A stretch of DNA of 32,000 nucleotides from Dickeya dadantii NCPPB 898 (lineage in GTDB: Bacteria > Pseudomonadota > Gammaproteobacteria > Enterobacterales > Enterobacteriaceae), in assembly GCF_000406145.1 (NCBI RefSeq), contig NZ_CM001976.1:3293206-3325205 (forward strand). Reading direction: 5' to 3'. The notes beneath the pieces were generated by a model that searched no databases, had not been told where the DNA came from, and saw only the letters and a list, made by a program, of their open reading frames with translations. Shown here piece by piece: positions 9,688-17,584 of this stretch (positions are counted from its first letter, which is position 1; each line of letters begins with the position of its first letter). A program made the position numbers and the translations under genes.

Positions 9688-11544
9688 TCATCTGGCGTAG
9701 GCCGGACGTTCAGTCACTTCCGGTACGACGTCGGTCAGGTTGGCGCCGGCCCGGTTGTCCTTCACTTCATCTTCGTCAATGAAGCCGTAGAACACGCCTC
9801 TGGACGCGGAAACGCCGCGGATTTCAGCATCGCCGCGCAATTGCGCCGTGCCGGACACCACCACGCCACGCTCGAAGGCACCTGGACCTTTGAACACGGT
9901 ACTAACCTGCGCGTTGTCCTTGATCACCGTGTCGCTCTGCACTATCGTCAGACCGCTGACCCGGGCGTTGCCGGATACGGTGCCGCTCAGCACGGTAGCG
10001 TGATCTTCGATGCGGGCATAATCCAGCACCTTGCCGCCGATGACGCGGGCGTACGGCCCAACATAGGCGGTCGACGCCACCTCCGCACCATTCGCCACCC
10101 AACCGCCGCCGTTGCTGTGACGGCGACCATTGGCGGTCGGCGTCGGGGCGTTCGGCTGTGAACCTTCCGCCCAGGCATTGGTCAGATCCACCGTCCACGG
10201 GTAGCGGTACAACGAGTAATAGGCCTGATCCCAGGCGATCTGGTGCATTTGCGACGGTGAGCCCATCACCACCAGATACAGCCCTTTGTCATTCGATTTC
10301 ACCGCGAAGTTGCTGATTTTGGCCGAAGCGCCGCGTTGCAGCGCGCTGTAGCGGGATTTACCGGCCGAGTCGATCGCCACCAATCCCCAGCGCCAGTCGG
10401 AATCCGGCTGCGTGAGGGAAACCGGATCGTTCTTCAGGCCCGGCAGGCTGTTAACCGCCGGCGCGCTTTGCACCACGCCCTGGAACGCCACCGTCACTTT
10501 GGTAGCGCCGCTATCCGGAATCAGGCGGACAATGTTATAACCCCAGCGCTGCGGCGCCTGATCGAACGGCACGGCGAAGCGTCTCACACCAGAGGCGCTG
10601 ACCGGATCTAACGCGGTAGTGCGCAACAGTTTATCGGCATTCGCCTGCGACGGCGTTACCGCGCCGTAACCACCGTAGGTACGACGATAGAAGCTGCCGC
10701 GATCGTAGCCATCAGGATCGGTATAGTCCCAGTTGACGTTATGCATCGCCCAGTCGCCGAAGAAGTCGTTCAGCTCGGACTGGCTCCAGCCCATATTGCT
10801 CTTCAGCACGCTGATTGGATCGGTGGTGTTCTGCTCAGCACTGCCAATCTTCGGCGCTTTAGCCCACATGTCGTTGACGGCACTGTAGCCGTAGCGGTTC
10901 TTCAGGTGTTCCATGAACTGCCAGTTGCAGTAACGATCACGGGTCGACCCCAGATAGAGGTGCGGATAGTTCACCAGCATGTCGGAGCAATGCGCGGAGG
11001 TACCGCGGTATTCGTCCAGTTGATGCGCCATCCAGTTAGCGTGGGATTCCCAGATCCAACCAACGAAGTTTTGATTGCCGTAAGACTGGAAGCTGCCAGT
11101 CTGTCCCTGCAACGCGTGGGTAAACTCATGCGCCAGGCCCCAGTGGTCAAGCAACGCGCCAGGGCCTATCCACATTCCCATGGTGCCGCCATCGGCAATC
11201 CCGCCGTTCAGACCGAAAGACGGGTCAATATGAATATTCGCTTTATACTTGACGGTCGCGTTGCAATACGGCTGCGGGAACTTGATCTGGTTGATGAACT
11301 TATCCCAAATCAACTCCAGTTGCTTACCGGCTGCAACAACATCGGCCTGTTTAACCTGATTACTATTCCAACGAAACGCAAAATGATCGGTCTGATACTG
11401 TGCTGCCGGCATATCGCTGACGTTACTGACCCGCCAGTTCCCCGCCACACAGGTTTCATCCGCATAAGCGGCACTCGCCGCCAGTAAACTGCCTGCGACA
11501 AGCACGCAGCGCCCCAGAGAAATATGCTTTCTTATCTGCGACAT
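9688..11544 (-). CDS. Secreted zinc metalloprotease-like protein with C-terminal beta-helix-like domain (AvrXca / Svx / AvrL family, intact copy)
   Basis: I place the start at ATG 11544 (MSQIRKHISLGRCVLVAGSLLAASAAYA|DETC) by analogy with the paralogue's MTQIR start, not at the listed 11622. HEFTHALQG is an HExxH motif. The C-terminal ~190 aa has hexapeptide-like periodicity (YVGPYARVIGGKVLDYARIEDHATVLSGTVSGNARVSGLTIVQSDTVIKDNAQV). Family assignment is from memory of Pectobacterium Svx / Dickeya AvrL descriptions and was not checked. Confidence 0.8.
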   Translation of the reverse strand: MSQIRKHISLGRCVLVAGSLLAASAAYADETCVAGNWRVSNVSDMPAAQYQTDHFAFRWNSNQVKQADVVAAGKQLELIWDKFINQIKFPQPYCNATVKYKANIHIDPSFGLNGGIADGGTMGMWIGPGALLDHWGLAHEFTHALQGQTGSFQSYGNQNFVGWIWESHANWMAHQLDEYRGTSAHCSDMLVNYPHLYLGSTRDRYCNWQFMEHLKNRYGYSAVNDMWAKAPKIGSAEQNTTDPISVLKSNMGWSQSELNDFFGDWAMHNVNWDYTDPDGYDRGSFYRRTYGGYGAVTPSQANADKLLRTTALDPVSASGVRRFAVPFDQAPQRWGYNIVRLIPDSGATKVTVAFQGVVQSAPAVNSLPGLKNDPVSLTQPDSDWRWGLVAIDSAGKSRYSALQRGASAKISNFAVKSNDKGLYLVVMGSPSQMHQIAWDQAYYSLYRYPWTVDLTNAWAEGSQPNAPTPTANGRRHSNGGGWVANGAEVASTAYVGPYARVIGGKVLDYARIEDHATVLSGTVSGNARVSGLTIVQSDTVIKDNAQVSTVFKGPGAFERGVVVSGTAQLRGDAEIRGVSASRGVFYGFIDEDEVKDNRAGANLTDVVPEVTERPAYAR

Positions 11545-11766
11545 AAGTCCGTTTTCCGAGCATGATAATGATAGGTACGCCTTCTCACGATCCAATGAAA
11601 AGGAAAGCAAGCCTCCTGACATCGGACGTCAAAGGCAGCCTTAAGGTCTTCATGACCTGTTTTGCATGAATAATGTTGTCACTCCCGATGGATTGACACA
11701 TTAATATTATTACACTTTTTAATGTTGTGATACGAAGATCTGAGTAATCACTGACAAAACTTCACA

Positions 11767-11785
11767 TAAAAAACAGTGTGTTTTA
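11767..11785. promoter_or_regulatory. 19-bp near-perfect palindrome TAAAAAACA-G-TGTGTTTTA in the divergent protease / fepB-like intergenic region
   Basis: 8 of 9 positions are symmetric. It sits ~220 bp upstream of the protease-family start codon in an AT-rich spacer. The half-sites (AAAACA/TGTTTT) loosely resemble the KdgR-type operator half-site GAAACA/TGTTTC that I recall. The identity of any binding protein is speculative. Confidence 0.25.
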
Positions 11786-11894
11786 CCTTAAAAAATCAAT
11801 AAAAACGCCTAATACCAAAAAACCAGCATGACTGACTGATAATTTCCGCTTTTTAGAATTATTAATATAAATTCATGATTCGGATGATATCGTT

Positions 11895-11913
11895 GTTTAT
11901 GAGACGCATTATC
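11895..11913. promoter_or_regulatory. Fur box upstream of the fepB-like gene
   Basis: gtttatgagacgcattatc matches 14/19 positions of the GATAATGATAATCATTATC consensus. It lies 44 nt upstream of ATG 11957. Confidence 0.55.
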
Positions 11914-11956
11914 GATAACCTTGCAGCACTCTTTTTTATGCTCGACAGGTAATCGT

Positions 11957-13012
11957 ATGGTGGAATCGGACTGGCGCGCGGCAGGCGTGCTATCAGGGAA
12001 TAAAAAGAATGGATGTATTCGGTGGGTGTTGGGGTTAATGGCGATGCTGCTGCTCGCTGGTTGCGATAACGCCGCCTCGCCCGATCACAACGCCTCGGCG
12101 ACGACGTCAACGTCAACAGGCTGGCCCCGCACGGTACAAACACAAAAAGGACCCGTGACGCTCGCCCACCCGCCTCAGCGCATCGTTTCTACCAGCGTGA
12201 CCATCAGCGGCACGCTGCTGGCGATCAACGCGCCGCTGATCGGTTCCGGCGCCACCAGCCCCAATACGATCGTGGCCGACGATCAGGGCTTCTTCCGTCA
12301 GTGGAGCGCCGAGGCGAAAGCCCGCGGCGTCAAACCGCTCTACATCACCGAGCCCAATGCGGAAGCCATCGCCGCCGCCGCACCGGACATGATCATTATC
12401 GCGGCGACCGGCGGCGACTCGGCCCTGAAACTGTATGAGCAGCTTTCCGCCATCGCGCCGACGCTGGTGGTGGATTACGGTGATAAAAGCTGGCAGCAAC
12501 TGGCTGAGTATCTGGGCGAAGCCATCGGTCACGAAACCGATGCCCGGCAGGTGATTGAACGTTTTGAACAGCAGGTGCAGACCGTGAAGCAGGCGATCCG
12601 GTTGCCGCCTCAGCCAGTGTCGGCGCTGGTGTATTACGAAGACGGCCGCGGGGCCAACTTGTGGACGCACGCATCCGCGCAGGGGCAATTACTGTCGGAG
12701 CTTGGTTTCCAACTGGCGTCGCTGCCGGACAATCTGCCCACCGAAACCCGTATGGGCAAACGGCAGGATATTCTGCAGATCTCCGGCGAAAACATGGCGG
12801 GCAGCCTCAACGGCCAGTCGTTGCTGCTGTTCGCCAATGACGACGATACCGTTAACCGGGTCATCGCCAACCCGTTCCTCAGTCACCTGGAGCCGGTGGT
12901 ACAGCACCGTATCTGGGCGATGGGGCCGGACACCTTCCGACTCGATTATTACAGCGCCAGCAACATGCTGAACAAGATCGAACAGTACTTCCGTCAGCCA
13001 ACATCCCGCTGA
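11957..13012 (+). CDS. fepB: Ferric-catecholate (chrysobactin/enterobactin-type) periplasmic binding protein, FepB-like, predicted lipoprotein
   Basis: Class III (cluster A) siderophore SBP features and its position next to entS/fepDGC. The N-terminus carries a lipobox (LLLAGC|DNAAS) followed by a Ser/Thr-rich linker. The start is uncertain: ATG 11957 has AGG 7 nt upstream, and GTG 11987 would give a more canonical MLSGNKKNGCIRWVLGLMAMLLLAGC signal. The listed TTG 11921 is unlikely. Confidence 0.82.
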   Translation: MVESDWRAAGVLSGNKKNGCIRWVLGLMAMLLLAGCDNAASPDHNASATTSTSTGWPRTVQTQKGPVTLAHPPQRIVSTSVTISGTLLAINAPLIGSGATSPNTIVADDQGFFRQWSAEAKARGVKPLYITEPNAEAIAAAAPDMIIIAATGGDSALKLYEQLSAIAPTLVVDYGDKSWQQLAEYLGEAIGHETDARQVIERFEQQVQTVKQAIRLPPQPVSALVYYEDGRGANLWTHASAQGQLLSELGFQLASLPDNLPTETRMGKRQDILQISGENMAGSLNGQSLLLFANDDDTVNRVIANPFLSHLEPVVQHRIWAMGPDTFRLDYYSASNMLNKIEQYFRQPTSR

Positions 13013-13017
13013 CGGAC

Positions 13018-13054
13018 AGGGGTATAGCGGCGATGCAATGCGCCGCTTACCCCT
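13018..13054. terminator. Hairpin between/overlapping convergent fepB-like and entS 3' ends
   Basis: AGGGGTAtAGCGGCG-atgcaatg-CGCCGCTTACCCCT is a 14-bp stem with one bulge. The right arm contains the entS stop codon. There is no clear U-tract on either strand, so termination efficiency is uncertain. Confidence 0.4.
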
Positions 13055-14327
13055 CGTGCACCGCGTCGCCGGTTTCCTCTTCATCCGGCGATGCCGCTGG
13101 TTCGCCAAAGCGGCATTGACGCAGCGGGCGCACCAGCAGCGCGATCACTCCGCCCAGCAAGGCGGCGGCGGCGCCAAAGGCCAGAATACTGGTCGCGGGC
13201 GTCAGCAGTTTGCCCATCAGCCCCAGAATCAGCGCGCCCACCGAATCGCCGGTGACATCCTGCGCCGTCCCCAGGCTGTTAACCCGTCCCAGCAGATGAT
13301 CCGGCGTGTGGCTTTGTATCAAAGTAAACTGCAGCAATGAGGTGATGGCGTTGAAGTAGCCGTAGCAGACCAGCGCCAGCAACGCGGGCAGCAAATGGCT
13401 GAACAGCCCCAGCGACGCCACCGCCAGAAACGCGCCCGTCGCACAGCCCAGCAGAATCTTCCCCGGCCGCCGCACGCCCGATACCCAACCGCTGGTGAAC
13501 GCCCCTATCATGGCGCCCAGCGGCACCGCGGAGTACATCAACCCCACCGCCGACGGCCCGGCATGGTAAGCATCGCCCGCCAGCGCCGGGAAAAGCACCC
13601 GCATCGCCCCGACTACACTCACCAGCATCCCCAGCAGCACCACGCAGCCCACCACCGGGTGGGCGCAAACGAAACGTACCCCGCCGGCCAGCGCCTGCAA
13701 AGGATGTTCCGGCTTGCCCGGCGCCGGTTTCATCAACGGCAGCCGCACCAGCGGGATCAGCGTCGCCAGCGTGCCGGCCGCCGCGACGGCGAAGTTCCAG
13801 CCCACGCCGCCCGCGACGATAATCACCCCGCCCAGCGCCGGCGACAAAATCGCCCCCAGCCGCACCGTCAACATGGTCAACGCACCGGCGGCCGGCAGAT
13901 TTTCCCGCCCGACCAGCAGCGGAATCACCGCCATCAGGGCAGTCATGCCAAGCGCGCCGAAAAAGCCATCCCAGGCGGCCAGTACATAAAGCGCCAGCAA
14001 TGACGGCGAGCCGGAAAACGCGTTCAGGCTCAGCGCCACGAAACCCAGCCCGCAGGTGCCACGGGCAAACAGGATCAGCTTACGGCGATCAAAGCGATCC
14101 GCCAGCACCCCGCCCAGCATCAGCCCGATAAACATGCCGATGCCGTCCAGCGCCACCGCCATCCCAACCTGCAACGTAGAGCCGGTCATCGCCTGAATCT
14201 GTACCGGCACTCCCACCGTCAGCATACCGAGCGCAAACACCGACAACATGCGAGCCACAAAAATGGCGCGAAAATGCGCATTCTGCTTCAGCAAACTGAA
14301 GTCGAGAAAAAAAGAAGATTTAGCCAT
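13047..14327 (-). CDS. entS: MFS siderophore exporter EntS
   Basis: 426-aa multi-TM ORF, collinear with E. coli EntS as recalled (LLK....FRA.F.AR, GVPVQIQ.MT.ST.QVG, GGVLADR..R.K.IL.ARGTCG.GF, WDGFF..LG.TAL.A..P.LVGRENL..AGA.TMLTVRLG). Confidence 0.9.
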   Translation of the reverse strand: MAKSSFFLDFSLLKQNAHFRAIFVARMLSVFALGMLTVGVPVQIQAMTGSTLQVGMAVALDGIGMFIGLMLGGVLADRFDRRKLILFARGTCGLGFVALSLNAFSGSPSLLALYVLAAWDGFFGALGMTALMAVIPLLVGRENLPAAGALTMLTVRLGAILSPALGGVIIVAGGVGWNFAVAAAGTLATLIPLVRLPLMKPAPGKPEHPLQALAGGVRFVCAHPVVGCVVLLGMLVSVVGAMRVLFPALAGDAYHAGPSAVGLMYSAVPLGAMIGAFTSGWVSGVRRPGKILLGCATGAFLAVASLGLFSHLLPALLALVCYGYFNAITSLLQFTLIQSHTPDHLLGRVNSLGTAQDVTGDSVGALILGLMGKLLTPATSILAFGAAAALLGGVIALLVRPLRQCRFGEPAASPDEEETGDAVHEG

Positions 14328-14461
14328 GAGCGTTTGTTGAATTCCTGTTCTTAATCAAAATGCTTTCTATCAGAATCGGGACCGGCATTCGTGGCCCGAT
14401 ATTCCCTGGCCGTCAGACCCGTCGCAGGGGCGTTGGCAGTGCGGTAAATGGCGCCAATACG

Positions 14462-14511
14462 GCTTCAGGTCATGTCTGCTTCAGGTTAATGTCTGCTTCA
14501 GGTCAATGTCT
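14462..14511. repeat. Three head-to-tail copies of a 16/17-bp unit GCTTCAGGT(C/T)(A)ATGTCT in the entS-fepD divergent intergenic region
   Basis: Read directly from the sequence: gcttcaggtc-atgtct (14462-14477), gcttcaggttaatgtct (14478-14494), gcttcaggtcaatgtct (14495-14511). The array ends 39 bp upstream of the fepD Fur box. Confidence 0.85.
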
Positions 14512-14549
14512 TTGCCGAAGCCCCTATGCTATCCTAGCCACGTCACAAC

Positions 14550-14568
14550 ATTAATGATAATAATAATC
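14550..14568. promoter_or_regulatory. Strong Fur box at the fepD promoter
   Basis: attaatgataataataatc matches 15/19 positions of GATAATGATAATCATTATC. It ends 2 nt before the first in-frame ATG of fepD. Confidence 0.7.
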
Positions 14569-14570
14569 AT

Positions 14571-15647
14571 ATGCATTTTTTAATAAAGCGATTCTTATCA
14601 GTGAGGTCACCCCTTTCCGCCCAGACCGCCACGCCAGCCGCCTTGCCGAGCACGCTGTCATCGTTAACGGGCCGGCGGATTGCCGGTATCATTCCCTGTC
14701 TGCTGCTGCTTGCATTAATTTGCCTCGCCAGCCTGATGCTGGGCGCCCGCGCCATCGCGCCGGAGGTGGTCTGGCACAGTCTGGCAGGCAACCTGCAAGG
14801 CCCGGACAGCACCATCATTTTGCAGGCGCGGCTACCACGCACTCTGGCCGGTATTCTGGTGGGAATGGCGCTGGGCGCCGCCGGCGCGGTGATGCAGGCG
14901 CTGACCCGCAACCCGCTGGCCGACCCCGGCATTCTCGGCGTCAACGCCGGCGCCAGCTTTGCCATCGTGCTGGGCATCAGCTTCTTTGGCATCACCGGTA
15001 TGGCCTCGTGGCTGGGGTTCGCCTGGCTCGGCGTACTGGCGGCCAGCCTGATGGTGTGGATCATCGGCACCCTGAGCGGTGGGCGGGTCAACCCGATACG
15101 TCTTACGCTGGCCGGCGTAGCGCTGAACGCCGTGTTGTCCGGTTTCACCTCGTCGCTATCGCTGCTGAATCCGCTGGCGTTTGATCAACTGCGCTTATGG
15201 GAAGCCGGCACGCTGGACATCCGCTCGCTGGGCAATATCGCCTGGGTGACGCCCACCATACTATTGGGCTGCGCGCTGGCGTTTTTCGCCGCCCGTTCGC
15301 TGAATACGCTCAGCATGGGCGAAGATCTCGCCACCGCGCTCGGCACCCGCGTGGCATTAATCCGCGTGATCGCGATGCTGGCGGTGATGCTGCTGTGCGG
15401 TTCCGCCACCGCGCTGGCCGGCCCTATCGGGTTCGTCGGCCTGATGATCCCCCATATCGCACGCGGCTGGGCCGGGCCGGATCAACGCTGGATTCTGATC
15501 TATTCGCTGCTGTTCGCGCCGATACTGCTGCTGGGCGCCGACATTGTCGGCCGCCTGCTGGTGCCAGGCGAATTGCGGGTGTCCATCGTCACCGCCTTTA
15601 TCGGCGCACCGGTTCTTATCTGGCTGGTGCGTCAGCGCAAGTCCTAG
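14571..15647 (+). CDS. fepD: Ferric-siderophore ABC transporter permease FepD
   Basis: 358-aa polytopic ORF, collinear with E. coli FepD as recalled (LDARLPRTLAG, MQ.LTRNPLADPG.LGVNAGASFAIVLG, VRLTLAGVAL, LCGSATA..GPI.F.GLM.PH.AR, GELRVS.V.AFIGAPVLI.LVR). The start is uncertain. ATG 14571 has no SD and abuts the Fur box, so the mRNA may be leaderless or the true start may be downstream (e.g. GTG 14601). Confidence 0.9.
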   Translation: MHFLIKRFLSVRSPLSAQTATPAALPSTLSSLTGRRIAGIIPCLLLLALICLASLMLGARAIAPEVVWHSLAGNLQGPDSTIILQARLPRTLAGILVGMALGAAGAVMQALTRNPLADPGILGVNAGASFAIVLGISFFGITGMASWLGFAWLGVLAASLMVWIIGTLSGGRVNPIRLTLAGVALNAVLSGFTSSLSLLNPLAFDQLRLWEAGTLDIRSLGNIAWVTPTILLGCALAFFAARSLNTLSMGEDLATALGTRVALIRVIAMLAVMLLCGSATALAGPIGFVGLMIPHIARGWAGPDQRWILIYSLLFAPILLLGADIVGRLLVPGELRVSIVTAFIGAPVLIWLVRQRKS

Positions 15648-15659
15648 GAAGGCCACGCC

Positions 15660-16724
15660 ATGTCTACCCGAACCTTGTCTACCCGAACCCTGTCTACCCA
15701 AACCCTGTTTCTGCGTGCGCCGGCCGGTTTCATTAGCGGCCGACTGCCGCTGCGCACGTTGTGGATCAATCTGTCGCTGCTGCTGGGTGGCGCGGCGCTG
15801 CTGACGCTGGCGGTTAGCCTCGGCACCCTGCCGCTGTCGGCGCCCACCGTATGGCAGGCGCTGGCCGGTCACGGCGACGCCAATACCGTCACCGTAGTGA
15901 CCCAGTGGCGCGCCCCGCGCGCGGTGATGGCGCTGCTGCTCGGCGCCGGGCTGGGCGTCAGCGGCGCTATTTTTCAGTCGCTGACCCGCAACCCGCTGGG
16001 CAGCCCGGACGTCGTCGGTTTCAACACCGGCGCCTATACCGGGGCGTTGGTCACCATCATCCTGTTGCACGGCAGCTACTACCAGATTGCCGGCGGCGCG
16101 GTGTTGGGCGGGCTGGCGACGGCGCTGGCGGTCTATTTGCTGGCGTGGCGACGGGGCGTCAGCGGCTTTCGGCTGATCATCGTCGGCATCGCGGTCAGCG
16201 CGGTACTGTCGGCGTTCAACACCTGGCTGGTGATCACCGGTGCGCTGGAAACGGTGATGACCGCCGCGCTGTGGGGCGCCGGCTCACTGAATGGCATGAC
16301 CTGGAGTAAAGCCGCGCCCGCGCTGCTGCTGATCCCGCTGACGCTGCTGGCGACGCTACTGCTGGCCCGACGTCTGCAATTGCTGGAAATGGGCGACGAC
16401 AGTGCCCAGGCGCTGGGCGTCAACGCCGAAGCCAGCCGGTTGTGGCTGATGCTGTGCGGCATCGTGCTGATTGCGGTGGTGACCGCCAGCACCGGACCGA
16501 TCTCCTTTATCGCACTGGCGGCGCCGCAGATTGCACGCCGTCTGACCCGCGCCAGCACGGTGCCACTTTGCGCCGCCGCGCTGGTGGGCGGTCTGCTGCT
16601 GCTGACGGCCGATATCGTCGCCCAACATCTGTTTACCGGCCGGCAGTTGCCGGTGGGCTCGGTGACGGTCAGCATCGGCGGGTTGTATCTGATCTGGCTG
16701 CTGATCCGTGAATCACGTCGGTAA
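15660..16724 (+). CDS. fepG: Ferric-siderophore ABC transporter permease FepG
   Basis: 354-aa polytopic ORF, collinear with E. coli FepG as recalled (V..WR.PR..MALL.GA.LGVSGAIFQSL.RNPLGSPDV.GFNTGA, FRLII.GI.V, LLEMGDD.A.ALGV, GPISFIAL.AP.IARR, LPVG.VTVS.GG.YLI.LLI.ESR). SD AGGAAGG lies 9 nt upstream, and the gene starts 12 nt after the fepD stop. Confidence 0.9.
   Translation: MSTRTLSTRTLSTQTLFLRAPAGFISGRLPLRTLWINLSLLLGGAALLTLAVSLGTLPLSAPTVWQALAGHGDANTVTVVTQWRAPRAVMALLLGAGLGVSGAIFQSLTRNPLGSPDVVGFNTGAYTGALVTIILLHGSYYQIAGGAVLGGLATALAVYLLAWRRGVSGFRLIIVGIAVSAVLSAFNTWLVITGALETVMTAALWGAGSLNGMTWSKAAPALLLIPLTLLATLLLARRLQLLEMGDDSAQALGVNAEASRLWLMLCGIVLIAVVTASTGPISFIALAAPQIARRLTRASTVPLCAAALVGGLLLLTADIVAQHLFTGRQLPVGSVTVSIGGLYLIWLLIRESRR
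15663..15707 (+). repeat. 15-bp x3 tandem repeat encoding (STRTL)(STRTL)(STQTL) directly after the fepG start codon
   Basis: tctacccgaaccttg / tctacccgaaccctg / tctacccaaaccctg. Each neighbouring pair differs by one substitution. The repeat is in frame. Confidence 0.85.
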
Positions 16725-16760
16725 TCAGCACCGTTAATTTGTCTGTAAAGAGTGACACTG

Positions 16761-17558
16761 ATGACACACCTTTTGCACGCCGAGCAGTTGACGCTGGGCT
16801 ACGACAACAAAATCATCGCCCGTGATCTGAGCGTGGCGATCCCGGCCGGTAAATTCAGCGTGATCATCGGCCCCAACGCCTGCGGCAAATCTACCCTGTT
16901 GCGCGCGCTGTGCCGCCTGCTGAAACCGATGGCGGGCGACGTATTGCTGGACGGCACCAGCATCCACCGCATTCCCACCAAAACGCTGGCCCGGCAACTT
17001 GGGTTGTTGCCGCAGCACGCTATCGTGCCGGACAACATCACCGTGATGGATCTGGTGGCACGCGGGCGTTATCCGCACCAGACGCTGCTGCGCCAGTGGA
17101 GCGATGCGGATCAGACCGCGGTAGAACAGGCGATGGCGGCCACCAACGTCAGCGAGCTGGCGGAGCGCAGCGTGGACGAGCTCTCCGGCGGCCAGCGCCA
17201 GCGGGTCTGGATCGCGATGGTGCTGGCGCAGCAAACGCCGCTGTTGCTGCTGGACGAGCCTACCACCTGGCTGGATATCGCCCATCAGATCGACCTGCTG
17301 GACCTGTTCCGCGAACTGAATCAGCAACACGACCGCACGCTGGTAGCGGTGCTGCACGACCTCAATCAGGCCTGCCGCTACGCCGATCACCTGATCGTGA
17401 TGCGCGCGGGCGCCGTGATGGCGCAAGGCGTGCCGGCCGACATCATCACCGCCGAACTGGTGCAAGAGGTGTTCGGCATGGCCTGCGTCATCATCGACGA
17501 CCCGGTCTCCCACACCCCGCTGATTGTGCCCTGCGGCCGCCATCACCCGGCGCCCTGA
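16761..17558 (+). CDS. fepC: Ferric-siderophore ABC transporter ATP-binding protein FepC
   Basis: Walker A GPNACGKST, signature LSGGQRQR, Walker B LLLLDEPT. Collinear with E. coli FepC as recalled (EQLTLGY, ARGRYPHQ, WIAMVLAQ, AVLHDLNQACRYA.HLI). ATG 16761 is preferred (aaagag 8 nt upstream). The listed GTG 16752 is an alternative start. Confidence 0.9.
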   Translation: MTHLLHAEQLTLGYDNKIIARDLSVAIPAGKFSVIIGPNACGKSTLLRALCRLLKPMAGDVLLDGTSIHRIPTKTLARQLGLLPQHAIVPDNITVMDLVARGRYPHQTLLRQWSDADQTAVEQAMAATNVSELAERSVDELSGGQRQRVWIAMVLAQQTPLLLLDEPTTWLDIAHQIDLLDLFRELNQQHDRTLVAVLHDLNQACRYADHLIVMRAGAVMAQGVPADIITAELVQEVFGMACVIIDDPVSHTPLIVPCGRHHPAP

Positions 17559-17584
17559 GGCAATCACCGTCTCCACCATAAAAA

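Noticed and set aside
11545-11622. 26-codon N-terminal extension of the intact protease-family ORF
   Set aside because: The paralogue starts at the equivalent MTQIR position, and the signal peptide begins right after Met 11544. The extension would bury the signal peptide.
4585-11900. A classical integrase-bearing genomic island or prophage at tRNA-Arg
   Set aside because: There is no integrase, no phage genes, and no visible direct repeat of the tRNA 3' end. The only matches seen are trivial 8-nt hits (gacgccag). Only compositional and positional hints of old horizontal acquisition remain.
13279-14003. ORFs of 129 aa (minus strand, other frame) and 202 aa (plus strand) within entS
   Set aside because: They overlap a 12-TM MFS CDS collinear with EntS. 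The translations are Arg/Pro/Gly/His-rich artefacts.
15357-16070. 237-aa minus-strand ORF spanning the fepD/fepG junction
   Set aside because: It is antisense to two well-supported permease genes. Its composition (runs of Q, R, G, D) is not protein-like.
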